Translations under genes and position numbers: made by a program | The notes under the pieces: model-generated | The model's database searches: none | Told to the model about the DNA's origin: nothing | Seen by the model: the letters and a program-made list of their open reading frames with translations, nothing else | NCBI GenBank assembly: GCA_964243445.1 | Contig: CAXTEX010000001.1 | Coordinates: forward strand, 1-58,704 | From: an uncultured Caulobacteraceae bacterium | GTDB lineage: Bacteria > Pseudomonadota > Alphaproteobacteria > Caulobacterales > Caulobacteraceae | Reading direction: 5' to 3' | Length of the DNA: 58,704 nt | Part shown: piece by piece, positions 10,951 to 20,611 of the stretch | Position numbering within the stretch: position 1 is the stretch's first letter | How the letters are laid out: every line of letters starts with the position of its first letter

Positions 10951-11163
10951 CTAACAGGCGGACGGAAGACCCGGCACCAGTTCGCCGGAAGGGTTCTGCG
11001 TCAGGAGCTCCACCTGGCAGCCTGCCTTCTCCGCCTCCCGGCACAGGCCGGAGGCTGTTAGCATCGCCGTTTCATGGTCAGGGAAGTGACCGATCTTGCG
11101 CCTTCCACTGACGACCCGCCACTCCTCGCCGCATTTCAGGACCGCGTAGCGCATCAGTCGCAT
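10951..11163 (-). CDS. Small hypothetical protein (70 aa)
   Basis: MRLMRYAVLKCGEEWRVVSGRRKIGHFPDHETA...; purine-rich RBS; globular-looking sequence. Confidence 0.6.
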   Translation of the reverse strand: MRLMRYAVLKCGEEWRVVSGRRKIGHFPDHETAMLTASGLCREAEKAGCQVELLTQNPSGELVPGLPSAC

Positions 11164-11536
11164 GGCTGCCTCGCCTTCCGACAAGAGGGTGGCACGTCCA
11201 GGTTTCCCAACGGTGCACATACATCCTTGACGCGTCCGACACCTTAATGCCGCCGTGCAGCCCCGCCTGTGGCGGACGGCCGTGCGGGAGAGCCGAGGCG
11301 GCGCGATGCCGCGTGATCGGCTAGGGTGAGGTCATGCGTCATGCGAGCGCCCGGCTGATGAGCGATCCAACCGGCCCCCCGGCCATCCTGCAGACCCATA
11401 TCGAAGAGACGATCGGAGCGATCGCGGCCCTGCCCGCCGCTCTCGGAACTGGACGCGACATAAGTCTCGCCCACAACGTTCCATCATGACCTGACGCAGG
11501 GCGGCTCGGTCGCGCGTGACGTCAAAAGCGTGATCC

Positions 11537-12412
11537 TCACGCCGCAGGCTGGAGCCTGTCCTGGGTCTTCGTGTGGAAGTCGTCGGCTTCGTGGCGTTCA
11601 TGCAGCTGGCTGGAGGACTCTCCGAACACCCGGTTGACCATACGCCCTCGCTGCGCGGCCGGGCGCGCGGCGATCATGTCGGCCCAGCGATGCACATGGG
11701 CGTACCCCTGCACCTGCAAGAACTCGCCCGCACCGTACAGCAGCCCCTTGGCCAGCTGGCCGTACCAGGGCCACACGGCGATGTCGGCGATGGTGTAGTG
11801 ATCACCGGCGAGATAACGGCTCTCCGCCAAGCGCTTGTCCAACACGTCGAGCTGGCGCTTCACCTCCATGGCAAAGCGATCGATGGCGTATTCGATCTTC
11901 ATCGGCGCATAGGCGTAGAAGTGGCCAAGGCCGCCGCCGAGATAGGGCGCGCTGCCCATCTGCCAGAACAGCCACGACAGACATTCCGCCCGGGCCGCCC
12001 GTTCGGTGGGAAGAAGGGCGCCGAAGGTCTCGGCCAGATGGACCAGGATGGCGCCCGACTCGAACACCCGGATCGGCTCAGGCCCGCTGCGGTCGACCAG
12101 GGCCGGGATCTTGGAGTTCGGATTGGCGCCCACGAAGCCGCTGGAGAACTGATCGCCCTCGTTGATGCGGATCAGCCACGCGTCATACTCCGCCCCCTTG
12201 TGGCCGAGCTCCAGCAGCTCCTCCAGCATCACCGTAACCTTGACGCCGTTCGGCGTGGCCAGGGAGTAGAGCTGCAGGGGATGGCGGCCGACCGGCAAGT
12301 CCTTCTCATGCGTGGCGCCGGAGATCGGGCGGTTGATGTTGGCGAAGCGGCCTCCGTTCTCCTTGTTCCAGGTCCAGACGGCGGGCGGCGTATAGGCTGA
12401 CGTATCGCTCAT
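11537..12412 (-). CDS. yghU: Glutathione-dependent disulfide oxidoreductase (Nu-class GST, YghU)
   Basis: YTPPAVWTW, LQLYSLATPNGVKV, NPNSKIPAL, FESGAIL, WLFWQMGSAPYLGGG, QLHERHEADDF. Confidence 0.93.
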   Translation of the reverse strand: MSDTSAYTPPAVWTWNKENGGRFANINRPISGATHEKDLPVGRHPLQLYSLATPNGVKVTVMLEELLELGHKGAEYDAWLIRINEGDQFSSGFVGANPNSKIPALVDRSGPEPIRVFESGAILVHLAETFGALLPTERAARAECLSWLFWQMGSAPYLGGGLGHFYAYAPMKIEYAIDRFAMEVKRQLDVLDKRLAESRYLAGDHYTIADIAVWPWYGQLAKGLLYGAGEFLQVQGYAHVHRWADMIAARPAAQRGRMVNRVFGESSSQLHERHEADDFHTKTQDRLQPAA

Positions 12413-12607
12413 CGAAGACCTCCTAAAGGCTGGCGAGGCCGAAGCGCGCACGCCGCGGGACGGGCGACATCGCGGGTGTGGCGATACGCCCTTGCACGGC
12501 GTCGGCGCAACCTTGGACCACGCACGGACGGCGGCGCGGCTCCCCAACGAGACCAGAGCCCGGGCAGCCTGGGGCCAGTGATCGACGGCGCTGCAGACGC
12601 CCTGCGA

Positions 12608-12666
12608 CCGTCACGTGGGCGTCATCGAACTGCATGCAAGCTGACATGCAAGCTTCGTCTTAGCGT
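12608..12666 (+). promoter_or_regulatory. Putative tandem Pho boxes upstream of the TonB-dependent receptor
   Basis: Heptamers at an exact 11-bp period: CCGTCAC 12608, GCGTCAT 12619, CTGCATG 12630, CTGACAT 12641 (consensus CTGTCAT), then -10-like TAGCGT at 12661. Confidence 0.5.
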
Positions 12667-12735
12667 TATGGGCGACCCTTACAGACCGTCGCCATGAGAC
12701 GAGGGGCGGGGGCTCCTCGACGGGGGACCGCTTCC

Positions 12736-15285
12736 ATGACGACCGACGCCTGGAGCCGCCTGCGCGGCTCGCTGCTCGCGGCATCCGCCCTCGCCGGCTT
12801 GGGTCTTGTCTCGGCGACGCCGCACCTGGCCCTGGCGGCGGACGCGGCGTCCGCCCCCGTCCAGACCGCCCCGGGCGACACGGGCGCAGCGGCGACGCCG
12901 AACGCCTCGCAGACGCCCGCCGCCTCCGGCTCCCCGGTGAGCGAGATCGTCGTCACCGCCGCCAAGACCACTCGCTCGTCGGTGGCCATCACCGGAGCGG
13001 AGACCCAGAAGCTGATCCCCGGCATCAATCCGCTGAAGGCCATCGAGACCCTGCCCGGCGTGGTGTTCACCACCTCCGACCCGATCGGCAACAACGAGCA
13101 GAACGAGGCCCTGTTCGTGCACGGCTTCTCCACCCAGCAGCTCGGCTACACCTTCGACGGCGTGCCGCTGGGCGATCAGCAGTACGGAAACTACAACGGC
13201 CTCAGCGTCTCGCGCGCGGTCACCAGCGAGAACGTCAGCCAGGTGGAGCTGTCGTCCGGCGCGGGCGGGCTCGGCGTCGCCTCCACCAGCAACCTCGGCG
13301 GCGCGATAGAGACCTTCTCACGCGATCCATCCCACGTCGCCGGAGGCGACGCGCGCGAGACCATCGGCAGCCACGACGACACCCGCACCTTCCTGCGGTT
13401 GGACAGCGGCGACCTGTTCAACGGCAACGCCGCCTACCTATCCTATGTGCACCAGGACGCCCGCGCCTGGGACTTCGACGGCCATCAGCGCGACGACCAG
13501 ATCAACCTGAAGACCGTGCACGACGACCCTCACGGCCGGCTGACCCTGTTCGTCGACTGGGACAAGAAGGAGGAGCCGAACGAGGACGCCACCGACTTCG
13601 GCAACCAGCAGACCGCGGCGGCCGCTAGCTTCACGCCCTACACCCGTCCCTTCATCTATCCGAACGACAAGGGCTGTATCGCCAACCTGACCGGCGGTCC
13701 AGGCACCCCGCCGCCTGCGCAGGGCAACAACTTCTCCAACTGCTTCAGCGCCGCCCAGAGAACCGACATCCTCGGCTATGTGAACTACGACTATCGCGTC
13801 GCACCGAACATCACCTGGACCAACCAGCTCTACTACCACTACGACTACGGACGCGGCATCGTGGCCGGTCCGATCAACCAGGCGGGTCTGCCGGGCCTGT
13901 TCGCCGACTACTTTCCCCAGCTGGTGGTAGGCAAGTCGACCACCAGCACCGGCACGCTGCAGAACATCGTCAACCTGTTCGGCGGCAGCGGCTATGAGGT
14001 CCGCACCACAGAGTACCGGATCAACCGCGAAGGCTACCGCTCCAACTTCAACTGGCAGCTCGGCCAGCACGCCATCGAAGCGGGCGTCTGGTTCGAGCAC
14101 AATCAGCCGGCGGAGCACCGGGTCTGGTACCCCTTCAGCCAGGCCAACAACGACCTGGATCCCTATGACGTGCCGCACGGCCCTTCGGTTTTCACCCAGT
14201 ATTACGCCCAGTTCTTTGTCGAGGACACCCAGTTCCACCTGCAGGACCAGTGGCGCATCTTGCCCAACCTGCTGATTCAGGGCGGCTTCAAGTCCAGCCT
14301 CCAGACCGCGGACGGCCAGTTCCCGATCAACCAGCAGAACCTTCTCCCCGGCAATGTGGCTGGACTAGCCGCGACCAACCCGGCGGTGCACTATCCATCC
14401 GGCACCATCGTCACCAACAAGGCTTTCCTGCCTCAGGTGGGCGCCCTCTATGACGTGACCAGCCACGAGCAGTTGTTCTTCAACTACCAGCGCAACCTGC
14501 GCCAGTTCATCCCTTACGGCGCTGGCAGCAACTACTTCGGCTTCTCGCCCTGGAGCCTTGGCACCCAGGCCGCCTTCAACCTGTTCAAGACGACGGTGCA
14601 GCCGGAGACCTCGCGCACCTATGAAGTCGGGCTGCGCAGCCATCGACCCATCGATCTGGGGCCGCTCACTTCGGTGGAAGGACAGGTGAACTACTATCAT
14701 GTCAACTTCGCCAACCGGCTCTTGAACGTCGCGCCATACAACTTCATCAATCCGGCGCCGGCCATCCTGGTCAATGTGGGGGGCGTGACCACCAACGGCG
14801 TCGACTTCGCCGGCACCCTGCACTTCGGACCCCATTTCGAGGCCTACAATTCAATCTCCTACAACAAGTCCCAATACGACTCTAATTACGATAGCGGCGT
14901 CACCAGCACCGGCGCGCCCAACGTCATCGCAACCGGCGGCAAGACCGTACCTCTGGTGCCGGATTGGCTGGAAAAGTTCATCGTCTCGACCAACTATGGA
15001 CCGTTCGAGGCGCAGCTGAACGGCGACTTCATCGGACGACGCTATGTGACCTATCTCGACGACCTGTCGGTTCCATCCACCTTCGAGCTTGGGCTGGAGG
15101 CGAGCTACAACCTCGTCCTGGCGCCCCAGGCCTTGGTGCACAACGCCAAGATCAGCCTGAACCTCACCAACCTGAACGATGAGCGCGGGGTCTCGACGGC
15201 GGTGGTGACCAGCACCTCCGGCGGCTACCAGGCCTTTCCAATCGCGCCGCGCATGGTCTTCGTGACCCTGCAGACCGCATTCTGA
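12736..15285 (+). CDS. TonB-dependent receptor
   Basis: Signal peptide, TonB box EIVVTA, plug LPGV...HGF...FDGVPL, NLTNLND, C-terminal PRMVFVTLQTAF. Confidence 0.93.
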   Translation: MTTDAWSRLRGSLLAASALAGLGLVSATPHLALAADAASAPVQTAPGDTGAAATPNASQTPAASGSPVSEIVVTAAKTTRSSVAITGAETQKLIPGINPLKAIETLPGVVFTTSDPIGNNEQNEALFVHGFSTQQLGYTFDGVPLGDQQYGNYNGLSVSRAVTSENVSQVELSSGAGGLGVASTSNLGGAIETFSRDPSHVAGGDARETIGSHDDTRTFLRLDSGDLFNGNAAYLSYVHQDARAWDFDGHQRDDQINLKTVHDDPHGRLTLFVDWDKKEEPNEDATDFGNQQTAAAASFTPYTRPFIYPNDKGCIANLTGGPGTPPPAQGNNFSNCFSAAQRTDILGYVNYDYRVAPNITWTNQLYYHYDYGRGIVAGPINQAGLPGLFADYFPQLVVGKSTTSTGTLQNIVNLFGGSGYEVRTTEYRINREGYRSNFNWQLGQHAIEAGVWFEHNQPAEHRVWYPFSQANNDLDPYDVPHGPSVFTQYYAQFFVEDTQFHLQDQWRILPNLLIQGGFKSSLQTADGQFPINQQNLLPGNVAGLAATNPAVHYPSGTIVTNKAFLPQVGALYDVTSHEQLFFNYQRNLRQFIPYGAGSNYFGFSPWSLGTQAAFNLFKTTVQPETSRTYEVGLRSHRPIDLGPLTSVEGQVNYYHVNFANRLLNVAPYNFINPAPAILVNVGGVTTNGVDFAGTLHFGPHFEAYNSISYNKSQYDSNYDSGVTSTGAPNVIATGGKTVPLVPDWLEKFIVSTNYGPFEAQLNGDFIGRRYVTYLDDLSVPSTFELGLEASYNLVLAPQALVHNAKISLNLTNLNDERGVSTAVVTSTSGGYQAFPIAPRMVFVTLQTAF

Positions 15286-15301
15286 CCGAAGGTCGCTCCC
15301 G

Positions 15302-15787
15302 CTAGGTCGGCGCGGCGGTCTCCGGCAGGAGGAGGACGCCGTCCGCATCGGCGTAGAGTCGGTCGCCCGGCCGCCACTCCACGCCGGCGAAACGGACGGG
15401 CGCGCCCGCTTCGCCCTGGCCTCGCCGGACGGACTTGCGCGGCGTCGATCCCAGCGCCTTGACGCCGAGGTCCAAGGCCGCGAGCGCCTCCACGTCGCGC
15501 ACCGCGCCCCAGATCACCACCCCGGCCCAGCCGTTGGCGGCAAGGTCGCCAGCGATCATGTCGCCCACAAGGGCGTGGCGCAGGCTCGCGCCCCCGTCCA
15601 CCACCAGCACCCGCCCTTCGCCGAGCTGGCCGCTCAGCTCCTTAATGCGGCTGTTGTCCTCGAAGCATCTGACGGTCGCGACCCGGCCGCTGAAGCGTCG
15701 CCGGCCGCCGTAGTCGCGCCAGTTCGCTTCCGAGACCTGGGCCGCCGCCTCGAACTGATCATAGAGGTCGCAGGTGCTGAAACTCAT
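15302..15787 (-). CDS. rraA: RraA/MenG family protein (RNase E regulator / HMG aldolase-like)
   Basis: TCDLYD, FSGRVATVRCFEDN, GEGRVLVVDGGAS, GWAGVVIWGAVRD, YADADG. Confidence 0.9.
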   Translation of the reverse strand: MSFSTCDLYDQFEAAAQVSEANWRDYGGRRRFSGRVATVRCFEDNSRIKELSGQLGEGRVLVVDGGASLRHALVGDMIAGDLAANGWAGVVIWGAVRDVEALAALDLGVKALGSTPRKSVRRGQGEAGAPVRFAGVEWRPGDRLYADADGVLLLPETAAPT

Positions 15788-15830
15788 GCAGGGGTCTCTC
15801 GCTTGGCCGTGGACACGTCCGCGCGCGGGC

Positions 15831-18314
15831 TCAAGGCGTCGGCGGCTTGCCGGTCGCCTGCGGATGCAGCACGGCCTGATTGACGACATGCGGATCGTCG
15901 TGCAGCCGCACATAGATCACATGCCCCGTCTTCGGGTGCGGCACGTTGATCCTATGGCCAGGGAAGCCCTCGGCCACCTTCACGGAGTTGTCAAAGTTCG
16001 GCTCGCCCGACACGGCGTCGAGCAGGAAGAGGTTGTCGCCGCTGAGCTCGCAGCTGTGGCCGACGCCCTCGCGGCACTGAAGGTCGCGCAAGGTCGGCAG
16101 GCGCACCAGCACGCCGAGCGGACCCCAATCGCCGGCGACGCCGTCCTGCACCAGCCGAAACCGCAGCGGGCCAAACGCCGAACCGCCGAACGCCTTCGCG
16201 GTGTCCAAGGTGGCGAGCACCACCTGGGCGTCCTCCTGGGTCAAACCGTTCGCCAGGGTCAGGGTGGTGGAGGCCGAGCCGTCCGTCGTCGCCACCTCGA
16301 TCGTCTCGCGGCCCTCGAAGCGCATGGGCCGCTCCGCCTGGACGGAGAAGGTGAGTTCCGCGCCTTGGGGCAGTTCGTCGGGCTGGGTCAGCTGGATGGG
16401 CATCGACCCGCTCGCGGCGGCCTGCACGCTTTCGCCGATCAGGGCGACCTGCGGACGGGGCGCTCCGACCACGATCCGGACGGGCAAGGTGCGGCCGTCC
16501 TTGAGCTTGACGCGAGCGGTCAAGGTGCGGGCCGTCTTCAGCGCCTCTGCGCCGCCATCGGCCGCCGCATCCAACGTCAGCGCGTCCTGGCCGGAGGACG
16601 ACGTAAAGGCCCCGGGCGCGAAGTCGACCCCGTCCAGGCTCAGGGCGGCCACCTCGTCCAGGCGGCTGCCGTTCAGCACCCCTGAGTGGTCGCCGGCGTG
16701 GAAGGCGAAGCTCTCCACATGCGCGGCCTGGGTGAAGGCCTGCAAGGCGATTACGTCGGCCTGGGCCGCGCCATACTGTTTGACCATCAGGGTCAACGGT
16801 CCGGGCTGGCCTTCGGTGAGCGGCACGACGACGCTGATCTGGTCGGGGGAAACGGCCTTCCAATCCAGCTCGCGGCTCACGCCCGAAGACGGCTGCAGCG
16901 CCACATGCTCGACGCAAGCGGCAGAACGGCCATCCAGACGCACGGTGTCGTCGCGCCCCACGATCAGCGCCTGCTGGTCGTCGGGAGTGAGCCGCCAAGG
17001 ACCGGCGCGGGCGGCCTGCAGGTGGAAGGCCGGGCCGTCGAAGGCCTCGAACCCCCACTGACCGTGCAGCGATCCGCCGATGGCGTCGCCGAGGTCGTCG
17101 GCCTGGACGCCCCGGGTGTCGGCGATGACGCCGCCTCGTTCGGCGTCGGCCCGGACCGGCAGGTCGAAGCTTTTGCCGTCCTTGCCCTTCACGCGCAGCA
17201 CGAGGTCGTGAGCGTACTGGGTGGAGTAGACCAGGGGCGCGCCGTCCACCGGCAGCAGCAAGTCCGTGCGCTCGGCGCAGAACACCTGCTTCGGATCGAC
17301 AGGCTGCAGCGGCGGCGACTGCGGCGGCTCGACGGCGGGCAGCGCGGTAACCAGCACCGACTGCGGGTTGTGGAAGGACGGCGGCGTGTTGAGGACCAGC
17401 GACAGCCGGTCGTCGCGCGCGGTCGCAAGCGCGGGGATGTACTGGTACTCGGCGGTGCGAAAGGACTCCAGGATGCGCGCGATGTCGAACGCCGCAGCGA
17501 CGTAGGGACTGGCGTAACCCAGGCCGCCCACCGGCGATGCGCTGAGCTGCAGGGCCAGGTCGGCCGGCGCGCCGGAGGTCAACGCCTCGACGATGGAGGT
17601 GCTGTGGCCATCGTTCAGCACCAGGGCGTCGCCGCCCTGCTGCAGGCAAGGGGCCTGCAGCTCGGGCGCCTTCTGGAAACAGTCGGTGTTCAGCTTGATG
17701 GTCAGGCTGCGGGCCAGAAGCGGCGACACGGTCTTGAGCCGGTCCGGATCGGCGGGGTCGCTGCGGCGCACCGCGGCCAGGAAGGCGTCCAGCCTGGAGC
17801 GGTCCAGGGCGGCCTGGTTCAGGTCTTGTGATGCGCGCACGAACGCGCCGGGACGCCCGCGCACCGCGCCCATGAGGGTCTTGAAGTCGCCCCCCGTCGT
17901 GGGCGCCAGGAACAGGACGACCTGCTCAGCGTCGGCGGGCACGACGACGTGCATGCCCTCGCGCCCCTTGCGGGTCCAGGTCTCGTCGCGGAAGAACCAG
18001 CTCTCCGGCGGCGGGTTGGTGGCCCCCCGCAGAAAGGCGGCCACCAGCAGATAACGGACCGACTGGCTCGGCGGCAGGTCCGCCCGGATCGACAGCTGGT
18101 CGCCGGGGCTGAGGTTCGGCGTCTCCGCGATCGGCAGGGTCACGCCGCCGTGGGTAACGCTGACCCGCAGCGTCGGACCGGCGAGATCGAAGGGCTGCGG
18201 ATCGGCGAAGGCGTCTGGCGAAGCCCGGACCGCCATGATCAAGGCGACCAGGACCAGCGTGATCAGGCGCGTCGCGTCGCGTCGCAGGCAGGGCGGCAGC
18301 AGGCGGTTGGCCAT
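15831..18314 (-). CDS. Large secreted hypothetical protein (~827 aa, beta-rich repeated domains)
   Basis: Long ORF with genome-typical codon use; signal peptide; ATG 18314. Confidence 0.8.
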   Translation of the reverse strand: MANRLLPPCLRRDATRLITLVLVALIMAVRASPDAFADPQPFDLAGPTLRVSVTHGGVTLPIAETPNLSPGDQLSIRADLPPSQSVRYLLVAAFLRGATNPPPESWFFRDETWTRKGREGMHVVVPADAEQVVLFLAPTTGGDFKTLMGAVRGRPGAFVRASQDLNQAALDRSRLDAFLAAVRRSDPADPDRLKTVSPLLARSLTIKLNTDCFQKAPELQAPCLQQGGDALVLNDGHSTSIVEALTSGAPADLALQLSASPVGGLGYASPYVAAAFDIARILESFRTAEYQYIPALATARDDRLSLVLNTPPSFHNPQSVLVTALPAVEPPQSPPLQPVDPKQVFCAERTDLLLPVDGAPLVYSTQYAHDLVLRVKGKDGKSFDLPVRADAERGGVIADTRGVQADDLGDAIGGSLHGQWGFEAFDGPAFHLQAARAGPWRLTPDDQQALIVGRDDTVRLDGRSAACVEHVALQPSSGVSRELDWKAVSPDQISVVVPLTEGQPGPLTLMVKQYGAAQADVIALQAFTQAAHVESFAFHAGDHSGVLNGSRLDEVAALSLDGVDFAPGAFTSSSGQDALTLDAAADGGAEALKTARTLTARVKLKDGRTLPVRIVVGAPRPQVALIGESVQAAASGSMPIQLTQPDELPQGAELTFSVQAERPMRFEGRETIEVATTDGSASTTLTLANGLTQEDAQVVLATLDTAKAFGGSAFGPLRFRLVQDGVAGDWGPLGVLVRLPTLRDLQCREGVGHSCELSGDNLFLLDAVSGEPNFDNSVKVAEGFPGHRINVPHPKTGHVIYVRLHDDPHVVNQAVLHPQATGKPPTP

Positions 18315-18418
18315 CGTCCCCCGCCTTTCAAGGCGCTGGCCTGATGTAAAGAGGCAAGCTGAACTCCCGGAGATCATAAGCGTCTTTGTGGCTACAAAGC
18401 GCCAGCCGCCGTCTCCTG

Positions 18419-18988
18419 TCAGGGAAGCATGCGCTGGAGCTCGGGCTCCTTGTCCACCCACTGGTGCTTAAGGGCCGCGCCGACGTGCAGGGCGAACAGA
18501 CCGTAGAGGACATAGGCCAGCCACTTGTGGGCCGCGAAGAGCACGTCGTGGAAATGCTCCTTGGGCCCCGACGGCAGGTTGGCGATCGGCGCTATGCGAG
18601 GCCAAGGCACCAGCCAGAACAGCTTGTCCGGATGGGTGGGCCCGTCCTTCCAGGCGGAGTCGTGCAGCCATCCCGATAGGGGAATGGCCAGGATCAGCCC
18701 GTACAGGCCGATGTGGGCCCAATGGGCGGCCCGGCGCTCCCAGCGCGGATAGTCTTCAGGAAGAGGCGGCGGCGGGTGTCCCGCCCGCCAGAGCAGCCGG
18801 AGCAGGACCAGGCCCAGGACCATGATGCCGATGGACTTGTGGGTGTCGATCACCGGCCGGGTCCAGCTCGCCGGCCACTTGTCGACGAACCAGACCAGCA
18901 TGAGGTTAGCAGCGATCAGGACCGCGATGGTCCAGTGCAGCGCGATGGCGACGCGCGTATAGCGGGTCTCTGCGGCCTTCACAGGCAT
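18419..18988 (-). CDS. Cytochrome b561 (CybB/YceJ family)
   Basis: RYTRVAIALHW, HKSIG, AHWAHIGLY, AHKWLAY..LHVGAALKHQW heme-ligand His pattern. Confidence 0.9.
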   Translation of the reverse strand: MPVKAAETRYTRVAIALHWTIAVLIAANLMLVWFVDKWPASWTRPVIDTHKSIGIMVLGLVLLRLLWRAGHPPPPLPEDYPRWERRAAHWAHIGLYGLILAIPLSGWLHDSAWKDGPTHPDKLFWLVPWPRIAPIANLPSGPKEHFHDVLFAAHKWLAYVLYGLFALHVGAALKHQWVDKEPELQRMLP

Positions 18989-19065
18989 GGTTGGCGTCCA
19001 GTGTCGGGTGCGTCGCAGGTGCACCGGTACGAGGCGTTAGCCCAGCGGTGATCCGATGGCAAAGC

Positions 19066-20274
19066 CTACGCGCGACGGGCGATCCGCACGAGACCGAGCT
19101 TGGCGCCCACCTCCGCAAAAGCCGACAGCACCGTGTCGATCTGCTCGAGCGTATGCACCGCGCTGACGCTGGAGCGCAGCAGCGGGCGGCTGTCTGGCGT
19201 GGCGGGCGGCAGGGCGAGGTTCAGATAGACGCCCGCCTCCAGCAGGCCGTTCCACATGGCCAGCGCGCTCGGCAGGTCGGGCATGGCGACGGCCACGATG
19301 GGGGTCGGCTGCGGTCCCGTCTCGAAACCCATGGCGTTCAAGCCGCCGTAGAGCCTGGCCGCGTTGTCGGTCAGACGGGCGCGCAGGGGCGCATCCCGCT
19401 CGACCCGGCCAAGCGCGGCCAGCGTTGAGGCGACCACGCCGGGCGGAAGCGAGGCGGTGAACATGTAGGGCCGGCTCACCACGCGTAATAAGTCGAAATC
19501 CTCCACGTCGGACACGCAGAACCCGCCGATGGCGCCCAGGCTCTTGGACATGGTGCCGACGATGAAGTCCACATCAGCCTCCGCGTCCGCCAGCTCCGCC
19601 AAGCCGCGGCCCCGCGCGCCGAGCACGCCCATGGAGTGGGCCTCGTCCACCAGCAGATGACCGCCGAGCTCGCGCTTCACCGCCGCAATCTCCTTCAGCG
19701 GCGCGGTGTCGCCCAGCATGGAGTAGACGCCCTCCACCACGATCAGCCGCTCGCCCGGCGCGCCGTCCAGGCGTCGCAGGCGCTTGTAGAGGTCGTCAGG
19801 ATCGTTGTGGCGGAAGCGGATCACCTCGGCATGGCCGAGGCGCGCGCCATCGTAGATGCTGGCATGGCTGTCGGCGTCCAGGATCAGGTGGTCGCCGCGC
19901 CCGACCAGGGCCGACAACACGCCCAAATTGGCCTGGTAGCCCGTGGTGAACAGCATGGCGTGGCGTCGGTCGAAGAAGCGCGCCAGCGCCTGCTCCATCT
20001 TCAGATGGGCGTCCAGGCTGCCGTTGGCGATGCGCGACCCCGTGGTGCCTGTGCCCCAGGCGCGCACAGCCTCGATTGAGGTCTCCACGCACTCCGGGTC
20101 GAAGGTCAGGCCCAGATAGTTGTTGGCGCCCATGATGATGACGCGCCGAGCGCCCATACGGCCCTCGGTTGGCGACAGCATCTCGTCGAAGCGCACGTTG
20201 AAGGGGTCGGCGCCGACTGCACGGATCTGATCATATGCATCCCGAAAGCCGCGGTGCCGGTCCAGCAAACCCAT
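19066..20274 (-). CDS. spt: Serine palmitoyltransferase (AOS family, PLP)
   Basis: NNYLGL, GTGTTGSRIANG, TTGYQANLG, DADSHASIYDG, DEAHSMG, GTMSKSLG (PLP Lys), RPYMFTASLPP; adjacent ACP and reductase as in the Caulobacter locus. Confidence 0.92.
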   Translation of the reverse strand: MGLLDRHRGFRDAYDQIRAVGADPFNVRFDEMLSPTEGRMGARRVIIMGANNYLGLTFDPECVETSIEAVRAWGTGTTGSRIANGSLDAHLKMEQALARFFDRRHAMLFTTGYQANLGVLSALVGRGDHLILDADSHASIYDGARLGHAEVIRFRHNDPDDLYKRLRRLDGAPGERLIVVEGVYSMLGDTAPLKEIAAVKRELGGHLLVDEAHSMGVLGARGRGLAELADAEADVDFIVGTMSKSLGAIGGFCVSDVEDFDLLRVVSRPYMFTASLPPGVVASTLAALGRVERDAPLRARLTDNAARLYGGLNAMGFETGPQPTPIVAVAMPDLPSALAMWNGLLEAGVYLNLALPPATPDSRPLLRSSVSAVHTLEQIDTVLSAFAEVGAKLGLVRIARRA

Positions 20275-20277
20275 GCT

Positions 20278-20532
20278 TCAGACCCTTTCGCGAAGTTCGG
20301 AGATCACCGTGGCGAGATCGCCTGCAGTCTGGACCTGGCCAAGCCTATCCAACGGGATCGACACGTCGAAGGCGTCTTCAAGTTCCATGACGATGTTCAT
20401 CAAAGCCAAGGAGTCGACGTTCAGATCGCGGGCGATGTCCGTGCTGGAGGTGATCGCCACCTGACGGCCCAGCACGCTGCGGGCCGCTCGCGCGATCTCC
20501 GCAAGGGTGAAGTCCGTCACGCTTACGGTCAT
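20278..20532 (-). CDS. Dedicated acyl carrier protein for sphingolipid synthesis
   Basis: DLNVDSLALMNIVMELEDAFDVSIP (phosphopantetheine Ser); 3 bp from spt. Confidence 0.9.
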   Translation of the reverse strand: MTVSVTDFTLAEIARAARSVLGRQVAITSSTDIARDLNVDSLALMNIVMELEDAFDVSIPLDRLGQVQTAGDLATVISELRERV

Positions 20533-20611
20533 GCCCGCTCGAATCGTCCGCCTCGCCTTGCATCGTGACGTGACGATATAGGCAGCAAGGGTTGCGATAG
20601 CCACAAACTCG

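Noticed and set aside
11244-11601. Short ORFs between the small hypothetical gene and yghU
   Set aside because: No convincing RBS, motif or codon signal
10803-12412. tRNA-Val as the integration site of an island
   Set aside because: No integrase, and I saw no duplicated tRNA 3' end in the window (checked by eye only)
19066-20274. Calling this gene bioF, kbl or hemA
   Set aside because: The motifs and the ACP/reductase/ligase/bCerS context fit serine palmitoyltransferase
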